DNA of 64,000 nt from Saccostrea echinata (lineage: Eukaryota), in contig NW_026889763.1 of assembly GCF_033153115.1 (NCBI RefSeq), forward strand, positions 13,144,001-13,208,000, given 5' to 3'. Below are positions 1 through 12,496 of the stretch, piece after piece. The notes under the pieces are model-generated. The model saw only the letters and a list, made by a program, of their open reading frames with translations, was not told the origin of the DNA and did not search any database. The first letter of the stretch is position 1. Each line of letters opens with the position of its first letter. The position numbers and the translations under genes were made by a program.

Positions 1-1600
1 ATTTTTTCAACAATATTGATAGTCTTTCGTGTTAAATTTAGATGTATAATTTCGACTGGTCCTCACCTTTAGTACTTTTTGGTTCGTTCTCTGAAATTTC
101 CAAGTTATTTCAGGCACTCTTGTTTGGTTACTTAACTACCCCCCCCCCCCCAAAAAAAAAAAAAACAAAACAAAACAAAATAAATAAATACACTTTGAAA
201 AACAATGCTAGGTCTCTGAAATACTACTTACTATTTGAAATAGATGTTTGACCAAAATTCCTCGAACAATATACATTTATATATTTTTCGAAACTGAGAA
301 ATATTCAGTAATTATGCCATCTACTAGGTTTTTTCAACATTTATATCAATGTCATCATTTGATTATAATATTCTTTTTCTATTTCAAAGGAGTATGTGTC
401 ATGGCGTAAGAATGTGCAAATTATATCATTTAAATACTTATTTATTTTTCATTCATTTACAATGTATTTTATTTCAATACCATTTTTGTTTGAAAATGAC
501 CCTTTTTGATAGATTTCTGAACAGAAGCATTTTTAGTTACATTTAAACAATGTAGGAGTAAGCATCACCCATAACTTAATGCATTCAAAAAGAATATAGA
601 ACCATAGCAACGATTTTAAAAGGGGGAACGTCCAAAAAAGTCAGACCCCCGAGAAAAGCGTTAACTGTCCAAACTCGAACATTCTTGTGGGGGTGATGGC
701 TGGTCATTGAAAGTGGATGGGTAAAGAGCAACCAGCATCTGAATGAAAATTTACATTGAATTACAGCAAAGGACTTAACTCACAAAAATGTGATCCCCCA
801 CCCCTACGTTCTAAAGGCCTGAAGAAGAATACATGTTACTTATCTTTATAAAAATCAATTTATGAATTATAAAATCATGATTTGTTAATATTTCACCAAG
901 TCACCAAGAAACATTCTGTATATATAATAAGAATATTATATAATCGTACTCTAAAGAGAAATTGAAACTGCGAAATGTAAGAAAAATTGATAATTTTGAA
1001 ATTTGAACCTTTCGCGATCTAAACTATGTGATCCTCACTGGAAGTATATGAAATAGAAATATTAAACAATTTCATAAAAATACTAGATAACTTGCGTGAA
1101 ATATGGTTTACAAAGTTATTGGTTCAAAACTACTAAAGCTTTTACAAACTTTTATTGAGAATGGGTGTGCTGGAAACATACGCGATTTCTGCATTGGCAT
1201 TGAAAATTATCATATCATTCTCAATATAACTTGTACAAAGTGCAATATCATTATACATGTATGATCTTGAATGCCAATACGTCTTATACAATTAGAATTG
1301 ATAATTCTATTATAAAATTATGAATTCTATACAAAGAATCGATTAATATTCAAAAATATTTACATTTGCAAATGTTTTCTTTTATATAACACTATTAAAA
1401 GCAACGCGTATCTATATCCGTATAAACACGGGTTCCTCGCGTCATAAACGTTCGACGTAATTTCTCAGTGACGTCATAAAGAGTTGACGCTTAATCAGTT
1501 GATCAAACACGTGCCGTTAGGTTTGAAAAATAAAACGTTTTACGCGTTAAAGATTATAATCAGGCAAATATAAAATATGAACAAGTCACAAATGTAAATA

Positions 1601-1762
1601 TAAGTAATAAGGTATCATTTTAAAACATCTATCGGGCTATAAATACGGGTTGGTATGAGATCAAATTTACCATAAAGCCCTTCGGGCTTTATGGAATTTG
1701 ATCTCGTGACCAACCCGTATTTATAGCCCGATAGATGTTTAAAAATGATACCTTATTTCTTA
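1601..1762. repeat. Near-perfect ~160-bp palindrome (hairpin-type non-autonomous element)
   Basis: taagtaataaggtatcatttt...gggctataaatacgggttggt...ataaagccc-TTC-gggctttat...accaacccgtatttatagccc...aaaatgataccttatttctta; the arms are reverse complements over ~80 bp. Confidence 0.85.
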
Positions 1763-2467
1763 CATATCTTTTATCAATATATTATTAATATATTAATTCA
1801 TAATTGTTTATTTCCTCTCCCTTTACTAGCTACTACCTCAAGTATACTAAGTTTAAAGAAATATCTGAAAAAGAAAATGTGATTAATATTCAAAAGAAAA
1901 TACATAAAATTCTCCAAGCTATATTTATTTCAAATTTTCACTAATTTGATCTGTACATCGTTTGAGTTAATGTTTATCTATATTTCGCAATCGCGTACAT
2001 GTATATGTTCTTCTATGTAAATCTGTATCTATATACATTTTGTAATTTATATTTACATAAATATGTATATCATCATACAAAATCATTATTAAATTTAATG
2101 TGGTGATTCACAAAATGCAAAAGGATTACGTAACATATCTGTTTGAAAAATAGTCAACAGAAAATACATGTATGCCTGTTCATGCGTCAGTGTTTAATAT
2201 TTTCGTGTAATATTATTAATTACTAAACCAAATAAAATACGATCTGCGCATGCTTAGTACTTAGCGAAGAGGTATAATTCTTTTGTACACTAGGCCTGGA
2301 CTTACGCCACTTTCTTAAACGCGATTTAGGCCCGTCTGAATTTTTTATAAGCCAGTTTTAGTTGTTAACTTTAGTAGATTCCTTATTTACGTAGATACTT
2401 AATATTGCGAAATACCTCTTAGACCTCTAACATGACTGTTTAAAAGACTTTTTTTTATGTATTTCAG

Positions 2468-2507
2468 AAATATTGTAATAAAAGAAAGCATTTTTATTTC
2501 GCGAGTG
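2468..2507 (+). CDS. Candidate exon of STAND gene 1 (KYCNKRKHFYFAS, juxtamembrane-like basic peptide)
   Basis: T-rich tract then tttcag acceptor; open in phase 0; ends phase 1 at a weak gtcaat donor, compatible with the next exon. Confidence 0.3.
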
Positions 2508-2620
2508 GTCAATGTTGCTAAATTATGCGATGATTAATTCCTTTCGGTATCTACAGTAATGTTGAGATCACCAAAATGTACTTACCTTGGAGTGACTATA
2601 TATTAATATTCCATTTGTAG

Positions 2621-2689
2621 ACCATGAAACTTCTAACAATGAATCAAGAAACATCAGGTTAAGAATAAGGAGGATACTTCCATGTTCCT
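2621..2689 (+). CDS. Candidate phase-1 exon of STAND gene 1 ((D)HETSNNESRNIRLRIRRILPCS); alternative donor at 2710/2711
   Basis: ccatttgtag acceptor; the peptide is clearly similar to that of the exon at 8180; donors gtatac (2690) and gtaaac (2711) are both phase 1. Confidence 0.5.
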
Positions 2690-3279
2690 GTATACATTAT
2701 ATCAATGAAAGTAAACCGACGGAAAACAGGGAATCGTTACCTACCGGGATGACCTCCCTACTAACCTGGCGCGATAGCGCCCCCACAGGGAAAATAACTG
2801 TGGTGGGAACAGACCTCTTGGTACCAACAAGAGTGACTGCCACATACGAACAGGGAATTCAAGTTCTGACTTGGGCCCTAACTCTATACTGTCTCCACTG
2901 GTATAAACAACTACCTGGGGATAATACCCCCAGGGGTAGATCCCCAAAGCCTGCCCTTGGTACCACAAGGATCAAGCTGGTCCCTCAGGTACCGCTGAGG
3001 TAACCCCCGAATCTTCCCCACTACTGAGGATAGGTTACCCAGAGTTTTGAGCCAGACATGGTAGAAATCCTCATTCGTGGTAATCCCCGAACTCCGCAAA
3101 ATTAACTTGTCTATACAAGTTCACCCGCCACTAACGTGTTGTGTGGTACATTAGCCTACAGCCTATTATGATTTCACCCACCAATCCTTCCATTAAACAT
3201 ATTAAAGTCCATAAATGCAAATATATACATATCTATATACATATACACATAATATATACTTCTTTGAAATTCATGCTAT

Positions 3280-3880
3280 CAAGCTATGTCATCTGGGAAT
3301 ACCTTTATGTCCATCTGATTGCCCAAGAAGGATTCGAGACCACCTTGCAGACAATTGAGAAACACTGAATTTCCTAATTCATTTAAATGTGTGCCATCAT
3401 ATCTAAACAGCTGTTTTTGGGCAAAAGTAATTATGGATGTCTGATGACCCGGCCCCCTTCTGCTTTAAGAAATTGCTTAACTTTACGGTTTACGTCTTTC
3501 CGCATAGCATCAACTTTGGATGCAGATTTGACATTGTGCCAGTATAAGCGGGGTAACATATCAAACCAAATAACAGACATGTTTGGAGCCAATAACTTGC
3601 AACGAAGGAAGGAGCATTTAATATTTTGAATTAGTTCCCCTCCAGGCAATATGCCTAGGTCATTGGAACCCAGTTGTACCACCAAATAATTTGGTGGAGG
3701 GGTAGACTTCAGTTTATTCTCGAAAAAAGAGTCAATTTCTTTCCATCTCATTCCCCTGACACCAAACCACATTATGGAGATGTTCTTATCTTGAAGTGTG
3801 GGGTTTTTTTCCTCCAGGTCTATTGGTGGCACTTCGGGCTGCCCAGTATACTATGGATGATCCCACTACCCATTCTATTC
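3280..3880 (-). pseudogene. SGNH/GDSL-type hydrolase ORF carried by the YR retrotransposon
   Basis: Block I-like VVGSSIVYWA (~3840..3870), block II GVRGMRW, block III VQLGSNDL, block V DGTHL (~3380..3398, beyond the stop/frameshift at 3431). Confidence 0.85.
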
Positions 3881-3949
3881 TCCTATAACCTACAAAACTT
3901 GAAGTTTGTTAGCAAGAAAAAAAAACAACCAAAAAACCAATATTATAAA

Positions 3950-4923
3950 TTATGTGAATCTAATGTATGAAGAGTATGCCCCCGACTTCCATCTGCCCCA
4001 TTCTTTGATTATTTGGTCAGGTATGCCCCTCATTGCTGCCTCTGTTGCTGCCCCTATGCGAAATGAGTGTGACCTATAACGCCCATTCTTGATGTTGCAG
4101 AATTGTAAAGTTTTAGCTAACAGGGCAGAAAACTGGTAACGTGTTAAAGGCTTACCATCGAAATGCACCAGGAATTGATTAGCACTTGGTTTGCCTCGAG
4201 TACGAACCCCTAAAAAATTACTTTTTTTCCTGTACTAAACAAAAACAAGGTGGCCTTGTTACCTAATTGGTCTGTTTTTGATTGTCTTATAGTCAGCTTA
4301 ACCTGCTTGTGTCCATTAACTTGAATGATATCAATGTCGTTTTGTTGCAAAGGTCTCGAGTCCTGCCCTCTCAGAGATTTACAGGCCAATTCGCCTACTC
4401 TTTAAAAGCCAAAAAATGCTAAACAGAAAGCAGCCATAAAAAGGTGAACTTCATAACTAGAAGAACAGACTTTCTCCAAAGCCTGGAGAAGTGATACAAG
4501 CATTTCTAAAGTTATAGGGGCTCGTGTATCTTGTTTTGGTGTCAGCCTTGCAGTCCCTTCTAACAACTTAGAAACAATAAAAGATTTGGTAATGTCTGCA
4601 AGACCATGAAGTTTGTACATATATGACAAGCCCAATATATATGTTTTAATAGATCCAGGGGATTTACCCTCCACTGACATATAAGCTATATAATGAACTA
4701 CATGATCTAAAGGAGCTGGCCAAGTAGTCGCAAAACCAAACAAATACCTGAAATGATTGAAACTTTGGAAAGCTGCCTTATATGTGTACCAAGTATTCTC
4801 GGCCATAGAGGCCTTTAACAGTTTATTGGTTTCCAGTGTCAAATCTCCCAGATTTCTAGGGGCAATTGGATTGGTTCTGGGTCTGCTTGTGGAGCCAAAG
4901 CCCGAAAACGACGCCACTGGCAA
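3950..4923 (-). pseudogene. Tyrosine recombinase (frameshift near 4402)
   Basis: N-terminal core-binding region (TWYTYKAA...SIKTYI), AFFGF-RVGEL, QSKTDQ, SHSFRIGAAT, GRWKS, AYSSYIR: catalytic R-K-HxxR-W-Y set recognisable. Confidence 0.92.
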
Positions 4924-6440
4924 CGAGAAATAGAATCTGCAATTGCATTTGATTTGGTATCTATGAACTCTGCCTTAAACCTTATGTTAAAATGAAGGGT
5001 ATTAAGCACAAGTTTCCTAACCAGTTTCATAACGTCTTCAGATTTAGAAGTTTGTTTGTTGATTATGTGTACAACTGCCTGATTGTTAATATGGAATAAT
5101 ATCTTTTTATAAGCCAACAGAGAACCCCACACTAATATGGCCGCTACTACGGGAAACAACTCGAGAAATGTCATGTTACGCAGCTTACCTGTTTCTGACC
5201 AATGTTGAGGCCATCTACCAAAAGCCCACTTATTATGAAAAAAATATTCCAAATCCCCTCGACATACCCCCAGCACTATCTGTGAATAACTGGAGAATAT
5301 CATTGGAGACCCAGAGTCTCTCAGGAAATAGGGTCACTCCATTATAATGATCAAGGAAATCAAGCCACATAACTAAGTCTAATTTCATAGAAGATGTTAC
5401 TCTTATTTTGTGTTTTGCCTTCCTTACACCTATTGTGGCATCGATGAGTCTCCTAATAACTGCTGCAACTATATGACAGACGAAATTCATTAACCCTATT
5501 ATAGACTGCAAGTCTCGTAAAGTAATCTTTTTGGCCCTTAAGCTGTCTTGAATTCTAGTACGTAGCTCAGTCAATTTATCTTGTGGTAAACGCATAAGCA
5601 TAGACAGTATCAAATTCTATTCCTAAAAATGTCAAGCATGTTGTGGGCTCTACCGTCTTGTCGTTGGCTATAGGGACCCCAAGTTCCACACAGACCTGAT
5701 GAAAGATATCAAGCGTATGTTTACAAATAGAGTCACCTGCTTTTCCTGCAAATAAAAAATCATCTAGGTAATGTATGAGGTTTTGATTATTTGATTTTTT
5801 ACATATGAGCCAATGCAAGAATTTACTAAACTGATTAAATAAGGCACAAGAAAGCTTGGAACCAAACGGCAAACATTTGTCAAAAAAGTATTTTTCATTG
5901 CACTTGATACCTAAAAGGTCAAAGTCCCCTGGGTAAATAAGCAACAAGCGGAACGCACTCTTAAGGTCAGTTTTGGCCAGGAGCGCACCCTATCCCAATT
6001 TCTGTATCATCAATACTGCTTCATCTATATTGCTATACTTCACTGTGCAAATGTCCGGGTCAATAAAATAATTAACTGAATCAAAGTCTGGGTAGGACAA
6101 GTGATGAACTAAGCGGACATCCCCATCTTTCTTGGGCACGAGGCCTACTGGCGATACGCGAAGCGTGGGGAAAGGAATATCGTGAAAAGGACTAGCCATT
6201 CTACCCAAAGTTACTTCTTTAGCAAGCTTTTGCTCGACAACTTCAGGGGCGTCTCTGGCAGATTTAAGATTTTTTGCCTCCCTGTAAGTTCTTGGGCCAG
6301 CATAGTGTAGCGGAAAACCAAATTTAAAACCATTTAACAGTTGAAGTTTTTCTGAATTGAAAGAATATAATTCTAATTCGTTACAAAGTTGGTTGTATTT
6401 AATGGGTGTGGCAGCAAGGTCATAAAGAGTCTTATCAACA
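4839..6440 (-). pseudogene. Reverse transcriptase + RNase H of the YR retrotransposon (frameshifted)
   Basis: SPVGLVPKKDGDVRLVHHLSYP, KCLPFGSKLSC, HYLDDFLF, FLGIEFDT; RNase H motifs LFTDSAG, FLELFPV, NAIADSISR; spread over ORFs 5990..6685, 5576..5947, 5233..5613, 4839..5303. Confidence 0.92.
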
Positions 6441-7547
6441 TTATTTCTGACCGGATGGGCAGTTGATCTGTGGATGAGGTCCCCCACAGTTTGCACATCT
6501 GTGTCTAAACTTGCAGGGATTAAAGGAGCATGAGCCCCTATTGAAGGCAAAGCAGTTTCCGACAAACCTTGATGTCTGTGATTTATTAATGTTATAGCCT
6601 TGTTTGAATCCGGACCCACCACCCTGAGTAGTTGTTCAGAGATAAGTTGTTTGTGTCCGTGGACAAAAGGAACTACCCCCAACATTTCCTGAAAGTATGT
6701 CCCTATGAGAAGTTTGTGAAGCCGATTGTTCGTACTGCCCCGGGGATATCAACATTACCCACAATTCGAAATCAACTTCCCCCCATGATAAAGTAGGATG
6801 CCTCTCCTTTTTTAAGCGAAATTGCTCGTCATACTTAGACCAACCCAACTGGGTCTACTGGCAGCCAATCGAATACTGTGCATGTACTTAATCATTTCTT
6901 GGGCTTTCTCTGGAAACCTCTCGAGGTATATTGACAGGTAAATAATAAATGCAGTTGTCCAAATGTGTATATTATTTATCGACTTCAAGTGTTGTTTTTC
7001 AACAACTAGTTGGCCATTTTTAATCACAAGCTCCCCTGTGATGTTAGGGTCAGTCCTAAGGTCGTGGGCCTGTTTTAACAATAATGCCAAATCTATATAA
7101 GAACCTGCCCATATTTTTTCTCGGATGGCTACGGGCACGACTGCCCATAGGGTCACAAATACTAATTTCAGCAGATGGGCGACTACTAGTAACTTGCACC
7201 TGTTCCCCAATCGAGAGACCCCAATACATTGAGTTACCGAATTAAAACCCGAGCCCGACTGATTTGTATCCAAGCTTCTCACTCCGTGAGAATTTTGATT
7301 GAAATCAATGTTTATACCTGCACCCGTGTCTTGCTGTGACGGACCCTGTCCGATCTGGTCACTGGCGCTTTCACTTGCCAATAAAGGTGCTGCCTCATGT
7401 GCCACTGCTTGCTGCGTCTCTGGCGTGTCTGACATGCGGGGTTGTTCTGAGGGGTGCTTTGATTAAACGTCGGCTAGGTCTTCATTTTCTTTTGGCCGAG
7501 TTTGCTTGACTGTCCATACGCCCTCTCTTCCTAGCTTTGGGAGGCAT
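6440..7547 (-). pseudogene. gag-like ORF of the YR retrotransposon (frameshifted)
   Basis: Starts MPPKARKRGR (7547); IREKIWAGSYIDLALLL, WSKYDEQFR; C-terminal zinc-finger-like CFAFNRGSCSFNPCKFRHRCANCGGPHPQINC (~6455..6560); split by stops and frameshifts. Confidence 0.8.
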
Positions 7548-8179
7548 TATGGCTTGTAATTTAACTGATGGCAGCGGATAGGACTCGATGAAATTGAAAT
7601 TTTTTAAAGATGTCAAGCTCTTTCTCTGCTCTTCTTCTAGAATTTACTAAATCAGTATCGCTGGGGGCTTGATTTTATTTACTCAATGTATATAAAATTC
7701 ATGGTCTCACGAATGTTTTGCCGGGAATAAGGATAGAAGAGTTATCGCGCCTGCACTGAAATTAAAGGCATTTATCACAACATGGTGATAAATGCAATAA
7801 ATAGCGATATCAATACCGTCGTCTCTCAAATCAAGTCAATAGCAAGATTATGCAGCATAAATTCACCGTCTAATAATCACAATATCTTTGCTTATTAAAT
7901 TGATACATGTATAATGTATTAAAATCTATATAGAAATCAATTAAGAATATTTCAGAGAGAGTCATTCTTTATTCTTATACGTAATAATTTGTATTATTAC
8001 ATTATATTTCCATTTCTATTTGTTTTCTCTGTGATAACTCTTTGAAAGTTAGGAGAGTTGATTTGTATAACAATATAAATATTCAATTATTGTTTCAAGA
8101 ATTATTCATATCAATTTTATTTTAATATCCAATGCACACACATACTGGTATTATTCCCGTATGCTTTTTTTGTTTGTAG

Positions 8180-8254
8180 ATCAGGAAACTTACAACAGGG
8201 ACACAAGATCAAAAAACAACAGGCTAAGAATACGGAAGATAATCAATTGTCCTT
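8180..8254 (+). CDS. Phase-1 exon of STAND gene 1 (QETYNRDTRSKNNRLRIRKIINCP)
   Basis: ttttttgtttgtag acceptor, gtaagt donor, 75 nt, open in phase 1; paralogous to the 2621 exon. Confidence 0.65.
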
Positions 8255-9894
8255 GTAAGTCCTGTAGAAATTTTAGACCAATTTTACATTTTCTTAATTA
8301 AGTGCATTTATAAAACTAGACATAGAAAAGATCGTTTCAGCTAGATTTATTTCTATAAACAAAGATGAAAGTCTTTTTTAATATCTCCTAATATTCTTAT
8401 AAAACAAGTTCATAACTTTAAACAAATACATTTATGAAATGTGAAATACATAGTACAAAGTGATTCGAATGAAGAAGTAGAAGATAACGAACAATGATTG
8501 ATGTCATAAATCTTAGAAAGAATGAACAATCCGAAAATACGGTTTTGGAAACATCACAGATTGGATCAGGCCTAGGAAAAGTACTGCTCCGACAACTAGT
8601 AAATACCTCCTTGAATCCTTTGTATTTATTCAGGTAAACAAAGGAAGGAATCCATAATTAAATTACGCGGCTATGTTAAAGCTGTCCGAAGGCTTTTTAT
8701 GCATAAGAAATATACTATTCTATTTTGAGCTAGATTTTGATTTCAATTTGTTATCTATGTATACATGTGCAGTAAATTTGTGAAGAGAGTTTAAAAAGGT
8801 ATTGTGAAAAAGCATGTTTGTGATGACACATGACTGTGTTGATCACGTGACGGACACTTATAAATTTTCCTAATTGTTGCACAAAAATCGCATCGGCACA
8901 AGTGAGAAACAAAATTATTGTGCTCAGTTTGTTGTATAAGTCAGTTAAACGTATTCTTGGGTACATATGAAGTACTGAGGGGAAAATCTGAATTTTACTT
9001 GTTAAGAAAATATGTCACGAGAAATTCCTCTAACCCATATAAAAGGGGGCATTTTCCACTCTTCATCGCAATTTAAACAAAATAGGATACATTACATACA
9101 ATCCCCCAGCAAAACTCAGAATACACACTTCCCCAGTAGATTCACATTGAACATCTTCAGTTTATCCTTATTAATCACTTGTGTCAGTCTAATTTATGCA
9201 TGATTTATGAATTCTAACTCTGTCTACGGACGTGTTTAGGGGAGCGTTTCATATTCATTTTTTTGTTATTGTTTTAATACGTATATTACCAGAAAGAGAA
9301 AGGAATAGCGATATTGTATTGCAAATGATCACTATCATAACATCATATTGAATCTTAAACCAACAATTCAGACACCTGATTTAAACATCAACGTCAAAAA
9401 ATTCTACATGCAATTTGAAAGGAATGTAAAAGTTATGACACTTTCCCCGTCATGACTGCTCAAGTATGCAGTAACTTGACGCCATATTCTATTATGACGT
9501 CATATCTTGGTAGTTCAGAGAGGTAACAACGGCTGGTACACTGTGATATTTTTCGGACATCCTTATCCTAGCCGCTTAATAAGCATTAAAATTTGTATGA
9601 AAAATGTCAGCCAAAATTATAATTAAAAACCGTAGGTTGTATTAGCAAACAAGATTTTTGCAGTATAACAACCTAAGTATTTCCAAAAGAGTGACTTTAA
9701 ACAGGAATATTGAAAGCCCTGTAACATCAACGTATTTGTCAGTAACCTGTCTCGGTTTTAAAATTGATCGAATTAAAAAATACTAGCAACTTTTCTGTAT
9801 TTTTATTCAAATTTTATTTATATTACAAAAGTTTCGTTGAAAACTTTGCTTAAAATGTATCTTTAAATAAGAAAAGAAGATTTATTAAAAAAAA

Positions 9895-9930
<36 letters not shown>

Positions 9931-9995
9931 CCCACGTAAAATAGCTCAATCAAATGATTCTCTAAGACAGTTGATTTCAATTCAAAGCGATTTTT

Positions 9996-9999
9996 TTTC

Positions 10000-10034
<35 letters not shown>

Positions 10035-11744
10035 CCGTTTTTGTCCGTCGGCGTGCCTCGTGCGTCGTGCGATGTGCGTTAACATTTGAACATTTTTAGC
10101 TTCTTCTCTGAAACCGCTCAACCAATTTCAACCAAATTTGGCATATAGCATCTATGGGTAAAGGGGAACAAAAATTGTGAATTTCATGGTCCTTGCCCCC
10201 TTGGGGCCTGAGGGGTGGGGCTAAAACCACCAAAATTAATGCAATCTTTAAAAAATCTTCTTCTTTACTGCTGGACATCAAGCAGTCAAACTGTTGGCAT
10301 GATTGTAATAAGCACTGAGCCCTCTACCAAAATTTTGAAAATACATGGCCCCAGGATCAGTGGTTCTGGTGTTAGGGCGGGGCTATATAGATCATATAGT
10401 GAAAGTGCATTATTTCTTTGAAAATCTTCTTCTCTGCTCCTGGGTATTTAATAAACTAACTAAGTACATAGTTAGGATGAGCAAGAGTGCCTCTTCCAAA
10501 ATTGTGAAATTCATGGCCCCAGGGGCAGGGTTTCTGGTGTTAGGGCGGGGTTCTATTGATTATATAGTGAAAATGCATTAATTCTTTGAAAATCTTCTTC
10601 TCTGCTCCTGGGTATTAAATAAATTAACTGAGTACATAGTTAGGATGAGCAAGAGTGACTCTTCCAAAATTGTGAATTTCATGGCTCCTGGGTCAGGGGT
10701 TCTGGTGTTAGGGTGGGGCTCTATTGATTATATAGTGAAAATGCATTAATTCATTGAAAATCTTCTTCTCTGCTCCTGGGTATTAAATACAGTAACTAAG
10801 TACATAGTTTTGATGAGCAAGAGTGCCTCTTCCGAAATTGTGAAATTCACGGCCCCAGGGGCAGAAGTTCTGGTGTAATGGCGGGGCTCTATTGATTATA
10901 TATTGAAAATGCATTAATTCATTAAAAATCTTCTTCTCTATTCCTGGGTATTATTGAAACAAACTAATAGATAGTTATGATAAACAAGGATGCCTCTTCC
11001 AAAATTTTGAATTTCGTGGCCCCTGGGTCAGGGGTTCTGGTGTTAGGGTGGGGCTCTATTGATAATATAGTGAAAATGCATTAATTCATTGAAAATCTTC
11101 TTCTCTGCTCCTGGGTATTAAATACAGTAACTAAGTACATAGTTTTGATGAGCAAGAGTGCCTCTTCCAAAATTGTGAATTTCGTGGCCCCTGGATCAGG
11201 GGTTCTGGTGCTAGGGCGGGGCTCTATTGATTATAAAGTGAACATGTTTTAATTCTTTAAAAATCTTTTTCTCTGCACCTGGGTATTATTTAAACAAACT
11301 AAGTACATTGTTATGATAAGCAAGGATGCCTCTTCCAAAATTCTGAATTTAATGACCCCAGGTTTAAGGGTTCTAGTGGGGAGTGGGGGGTGGTGGTGGT
11401 GGTGGGTGGTAGGGGGGCTTCTATTGATAAATTTCTTTGAAAATATTCTTTTTTGCTTCTGGATAAAAAAGCAAAGAAGCTAAGTGTATAGTTATGATGA
11501 GCAAGAGTGCTTCTTCCAGAGTAGTGAATTTCATGAACCCTGGGTCAGATGTGCTGATGTGAGGGTGGGGCTCTTGATAATATAGTGAAAATGCATTAAT
11601 TCTATTAAATAATCCTATTTGCTCCTTTGTGTTAAGCAGATAAACAAAGTGATTAGTTATGATGAGCAAACTTATGGTCCCAGGGTCAGAAGCTCTGGTA
11701 TTTCGGGTGGGGGAGGGACTCTATTGATAATATAGTGAATTTGT

Positions 11745-11777
<33 letters not shown>

Positions 11778-12415
11778 CCACACCTGGGCATATCTGAGGC
11801 ACACAGAGTAAAAGTTTTTATAAGGAAGGGAATTTTTACCAGATTTTTGAACATTTGGACCATTTGGTCAAGTGTTCTGGTCCTGGCTAGGGCTCGATTA
11901 GTTTGTATTCTACTGAGAGGAGTTATTCACCTTTGCCATTTACTTTTGATAATTTATCACTGTAAATAATGTACTTGAAAGGTAAATAGAATAAGAGAAT
12001 TATGCAAAAACATTTATTGTATAATACAAAAAGTACTTTTATAGTTTTAATGATCAGATAGACTTGTAAGTAGTAGATTAATAAAAATGAGACAAAAATA
12101 ACTTGTCTTTTTAAATGTTCATCAAGGACCAAGAGAGGCCAATGTTAGAGATTTCAACAAGGGATTAAAATAGTAGAAGCATTGATAATTTGTTAATATA
12201 CTGTATGGTGATAGTGATAAATGGGGAACAGATTAAAACCTAATTTATGAACTGTTAATGAATATTAAGACCAATTATTTTGTTGATCATGATCACCCTA
12301 TTTTTCTTGCTTTTGGGCAACAAAGCTTCACCTTTCAGTTCATTTTATACTCTATGCATCCTTTAAACTGTTGTAACATACTCAGGTGACCGTAAAGGCC
12401 CTTGGGCCTCTTGTT
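9996..12415 (+). mobile_element. HINE / non-autonomous Helentron-like element with internal ~168-bp satellite array
   Basis: 5' aggtcacctgagtcactcaggtgacct palindrome and gtcc/gtcg microsatellite; units recur at 10421, 10589, 10757, 10925, ~11092, ~11260; 3' ctcaggtgacc subterminal IR plus aggcccttgggcct hairpin and ttgtt end. Confidence 0.85.
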
Positions 12416-12496
12416 TAGCATTATTCTCTTTTAAAAGGAAAGAATTTTTTAGACTCATATGTCATTTTGAATATTTTTGATATTTTCAACATTAAA

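Larger units (their letters stand above)
2700..7600 (-). mobile_element. Degenerate DIRS/Ngaro-type tyrosine-recombinase retrotransposon (gag, RT/RNase H, YR, SGNH hydrolase)
   Basis: Collinear minus-strand ORF fragments with diagnostic motifs in overlapping frames; boundaries approximate because terminal/split repeats were not identified. Confidence 0.92.

Noticed and set aside
7560-7900. Terminal or split direct repeats of the YR element
   Set aside because: Only a ~9-bp inverted match (ggcgcgata at 2768 vs 7744) was found, too short to define ends
10096-11669. Several 60-80 aa ORFs
   Set aside because: They lie in the 168-bp satellite units of the HINE
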